The notes below the pieces were generated by a model. That model worked only from the letters and a program-made list of their open reading frames with translations, did no database searches and was not told the origin of the DNA. From assembly GCA_963776345.1 (NCBI GenBank), contig CAVZMH010000022.1, forward strand, positions 480,001 through 544,000: DNA of 64,000 bases, written 5' to 3'. The first letter of the stretch is position 1. Every line of letters starts with the position of its first letter. The position numbers were made by a program, and so were the translations under genes. This DNA comes from an uncultured delta proteobacterium. Lineage in GTDB: Bacteria > Myxococcota > Myxococcia > Myxococcales > Myxococcaceae. Of the stretch, positions 62,058 to 64,000 are shown in pieces.

Positions 62058-62951
62058 ATGTCCAATAATAGTACGAACGTTCGGTTTTTCTCCAGCCTGC
62101 TCTCCGGCCTCGGGACGGTGTCGCCCCGGGGCGCGGGCCGGCTGGCCTTCGAGCTCTTCTGCCGCACCGGGCCGCGCCGGGTGCCGTCCTTCAGCCCGGC
62201 CCCGGACGCCGTGGAGCACTTCCGGGCGGGCGGGCGCCGCATCGCCAGCTACGTGTGGCAGGGGGGTGGGCCGACGGTGCTCCTGGTCCACGGCTGGAAC
62301 GGCGGCTCGGGCGACCTCGCTCCGTTCATCGGTCCGCTGCGCGACGCCGGCCGCCGGGTGGTGGCCATCGACCTCCCCGGGCACGGGCGATCCCCGGGCA
62401 GGCGCCTCAACCTCGCCATCGCGGTGGCGGCGGTGGAGGCGAGCCTCCGCCGCGAGCCGTCCATCGAGGCGGTCATCGCCCATTCCTTCGGCGTCCCGGC
62501 CACGGTGCTCGCCGCCGGGCGGGGCGCGCCGCTTCCCCGGGCGGTGCTCGTCTCCGGGCCCATCTCGATGGAGGCGTACCTCCAGCGGTTCACGCAGGTG
62601 CTGGCGCTCTCTCCGGTCACGGCCGGCGCGATGCGGGCACGGGTGAAGCGCGTGCTGGAGGAGGGGGGTCTGGAGACGATGGACCTGGGGGTGGTGGCGC
62701 CGCGGCTCCCCGGGCGCGCGCTGGTGATCCACGACCGGGGCGACCGCGAGGTGCCGTTCCTCTCCGCCCAGGCGCTTCATCGAGCCTGGGCCGGCTCGGA
62801 GCTGCTCGCCACCGACGGCCTCGGGCACCGGAGGCTGCTCTCGGACCCGCGCGTCGTCGAGCGGGCCGTGCGGTTCGCGGTGGGGTGGGACCGGACCGCA
62901 GAGGCGCTGGTGCCACCGGCGCCTCCCGAGCTGCGGGTCGTCGCCGGGTGA
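62058..62951 (+). CDS. Alpha/beta fold hydrolase
   Basis: AAGGAG RBS; VHGWNG, DLPGHG, AHSFG, HDRGD, GLGHRR. Confidence 0.92.
   Translation: MSNNSTNVRFFSSLLSGLGTVSPRGAGRLAFELFCRTGPRRVPSFSPAPDAVEHFRAGGRRIASYVWQGGGPTVLLVHGWNGGSGDLAPFIGPLRDAGRRVVAIDLPGHGRSPGRRLNLAIAVAAVEASLRREPSIEAVIAHSFGVPATVLAAGRGAPLPRAVLVSGPISMEAYLQRFTQVLALSPVTAGAMRARVKRVLEEGGLETMDLGVVAPRLPGRALVIHDRGDREVPFLSAQALHRAWAGSELLATDGLGHRRLLSDPRVVERAVRFAVGWDRTAEALVPPAPPELRVVAG
62069..62089. promoter_or_regulatory. Second copy of the putative TetR operator inside the hydrolase start
   Basis: tagtacgaacgttcggttttt matches the reverse complement of 61389-61409 at 17/21 positions. Confidence 0.7.
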
Positions 62952-63017
62952 GAGCCGCCCGGCGCCCGGGACACGCGCACCGGCATCTGCCGGAGCGAGC
63001 GACGCGCGCCGCTCCCG

Positions 63018-63431
63018 TCAAGTACCTCGCGCGTCCTCGACCCGATGGCCCGCACCGCGGAGCGCCTCCAGCGCCCTGGCCAGGGTCTCCTCCCGGACGA
63101 GCACCAGATCCGTGTCGAAGGTGGACACGGCGAAGAGCGACACCGCGGCGCGGGCGAGCGGCCCGGTGAGCGCGTGGAGCACCCCAACCTCCTGGAAGGC
63201 GATCGGCCCCTCCAGCTCCAGCGCCCTGAAGCCGCGCTCGGCCCGGACCGCCGACGGGACGCGCTCCTCGGCGCACACCACGCTCAGCTCCCCGGCGCGC
63301 CGGGTGATGGACACCACCCCCGGTCCATCCGCCCAGGGCGGCACCGGCGCCGTCCCGGAGAGGCGGGCCACGGCGAGCAGCCCGGGCAGGACCCGCAGCC
63401 GGAGACCGCGTGCCGGGGGCGCCTCGCTCAG
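63018..63431 (-). CDS. ACT-domain protein (ACT_7/CASTOR-like)
   Basis: SITRRAGELSVVC, LEGPIAF..VGVL, SLFAVSTFDTDLVLV; start codon uncertain (CTG overlapping the DoxX stop). Confidence 0.85.
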   Translation of the reverse strand: MSEAPPARGLRLRVLPGLLAVARLSGTAPVPPWADGPGVVSITRRAGELSVVCAEERVPSAVRAERGFRALELEGPIAFQEVGVLHALTGPLARAAVSLFAVSTFDTDLVLVREETLARALEALRGAGHRVEDARGT

Positions 63432-63847
63432 CGGAACCGCCCCGTGGTCCACAGCCCCACCAGCGCCACCAGGAAGTACGCCGGCAGCACCGCCGCGCCG
63501 TTGTAGTCCTTGGCCAGGCGCTGCCCGAAGAAGAGCGCGATGAAGGACGTGGCCGCCAGGGCGATGCCCCAGAAGGCGATGCGCGGCACGCCCAGCACCA
63601 GGAGCTCCACCAGCCCCACTGCGCAGAGGACGCCGGAGGCGACCTCGAGGATGGTCATGGTGACCAGCATCGGCGTCACCACGCCCCGCAGCGGACTCTT
63701 GGAGAAGTGCTGCGTCAGCCAGCCCTGGTTGCCGCGGAAGTCGATCACCTTGTCGATGCCCGACTGGAGGAAGAGGATCGCCAGGAAGAGCGTCGGCAGC
63801 GCCTGCAGCAGCCAGGCGACGATGCGGGGAGAGGACAGGGGGGGCAT
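63428..63847 (-). CDS. DoxX family membrane protein
   Basis: FLAILFLQSGIDK, HFSKSPL, FFGQRLAKDY.GAA. Confidence 0.88.
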   Translation of the reverse strand: MPPLSSPRIVAWLLQALPTLFLAILFLQSGIDKVIDFRGNQGWLTQHFSKSPLRGVVTPMLVTMTILEVASGVLCAVGLVELLVLGVPRIAFWGIALAATSFIALFFGQRLAKDYNGAAVLPAYFLVALVGLWTTGRFR

Positions 63848-63850
63848 GTC

Positions 63851-64000
63851 TCACCTCTGCTCGAGGAGCAGCTTGCGGACCAGGCGGATGGGCAGCGCGC
63901 CCTGGGCGAGGAACGCGTCGTGGAACTCGCGCAGCGTCCCGCCCTTCTGGCTCAGGTACTCGCGACGCAGCTCGTAGATCTGCAGCTTCCCGTACGTGTA
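63851..64000 (-). CDS. C-terminus of a DUF885-domain protein (partial)
   Basis: YTYGKLQIYELR...LREFHDAFLAQGALPI. Confidence 0.85.
   Translation of the reverse strand, partial: YTYGKLQIYELRREYLSQKGGTLREFHDAFLAQGALPIRLVRKLLLEQR

Overview
High-GC bacterial window. Gene content and order (elb-like genes, SWIB, treY-glgX, Cys-motif ferrochelatase, many DAG/DGG-rich lipoproteins) point to a myxobacterium (Myxococcota); this is an inference. About 58 coding regions are visible. No rRNA, tRNA, CRISPR array, transposase or integrase was recognised. The window has two zones. Zone 1 (1 to ~17.7 kb) is accessory-like, visibly more A/T-rich in places, and packed with secreted proteins, lipoproteins and peptidases. 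It includes a fused remnant of two decapitated genes, a probably catalytically dead M29-like aminopeptidase, and a ~1100-aa LGFP-repeat/PLAT-like lipoprotein. Zone 2 (~17.7-64 kb) is housekeeping-like. It holds an epimerase/HAD-IB/LarA-like operon resembling ether-lipid elbABC but without elbD/E, plus treY-glgX-terC-apaG-hemH, sua5, a GldAFG-like ABC system, a two-component locus, M1 and M64 peptidases, a GH63-like glucosidase, sthA, glpD, an aminotransferase, crcB-DUF190, a hybrid kinase and a TetR/hydrolase pair with two visible operator sites. At least 8 single-base frameshifts interrupt 7 otherwise intact genes, most likely long-read consensus errors. All family calls come from motif recognition by eye, not from database searches.
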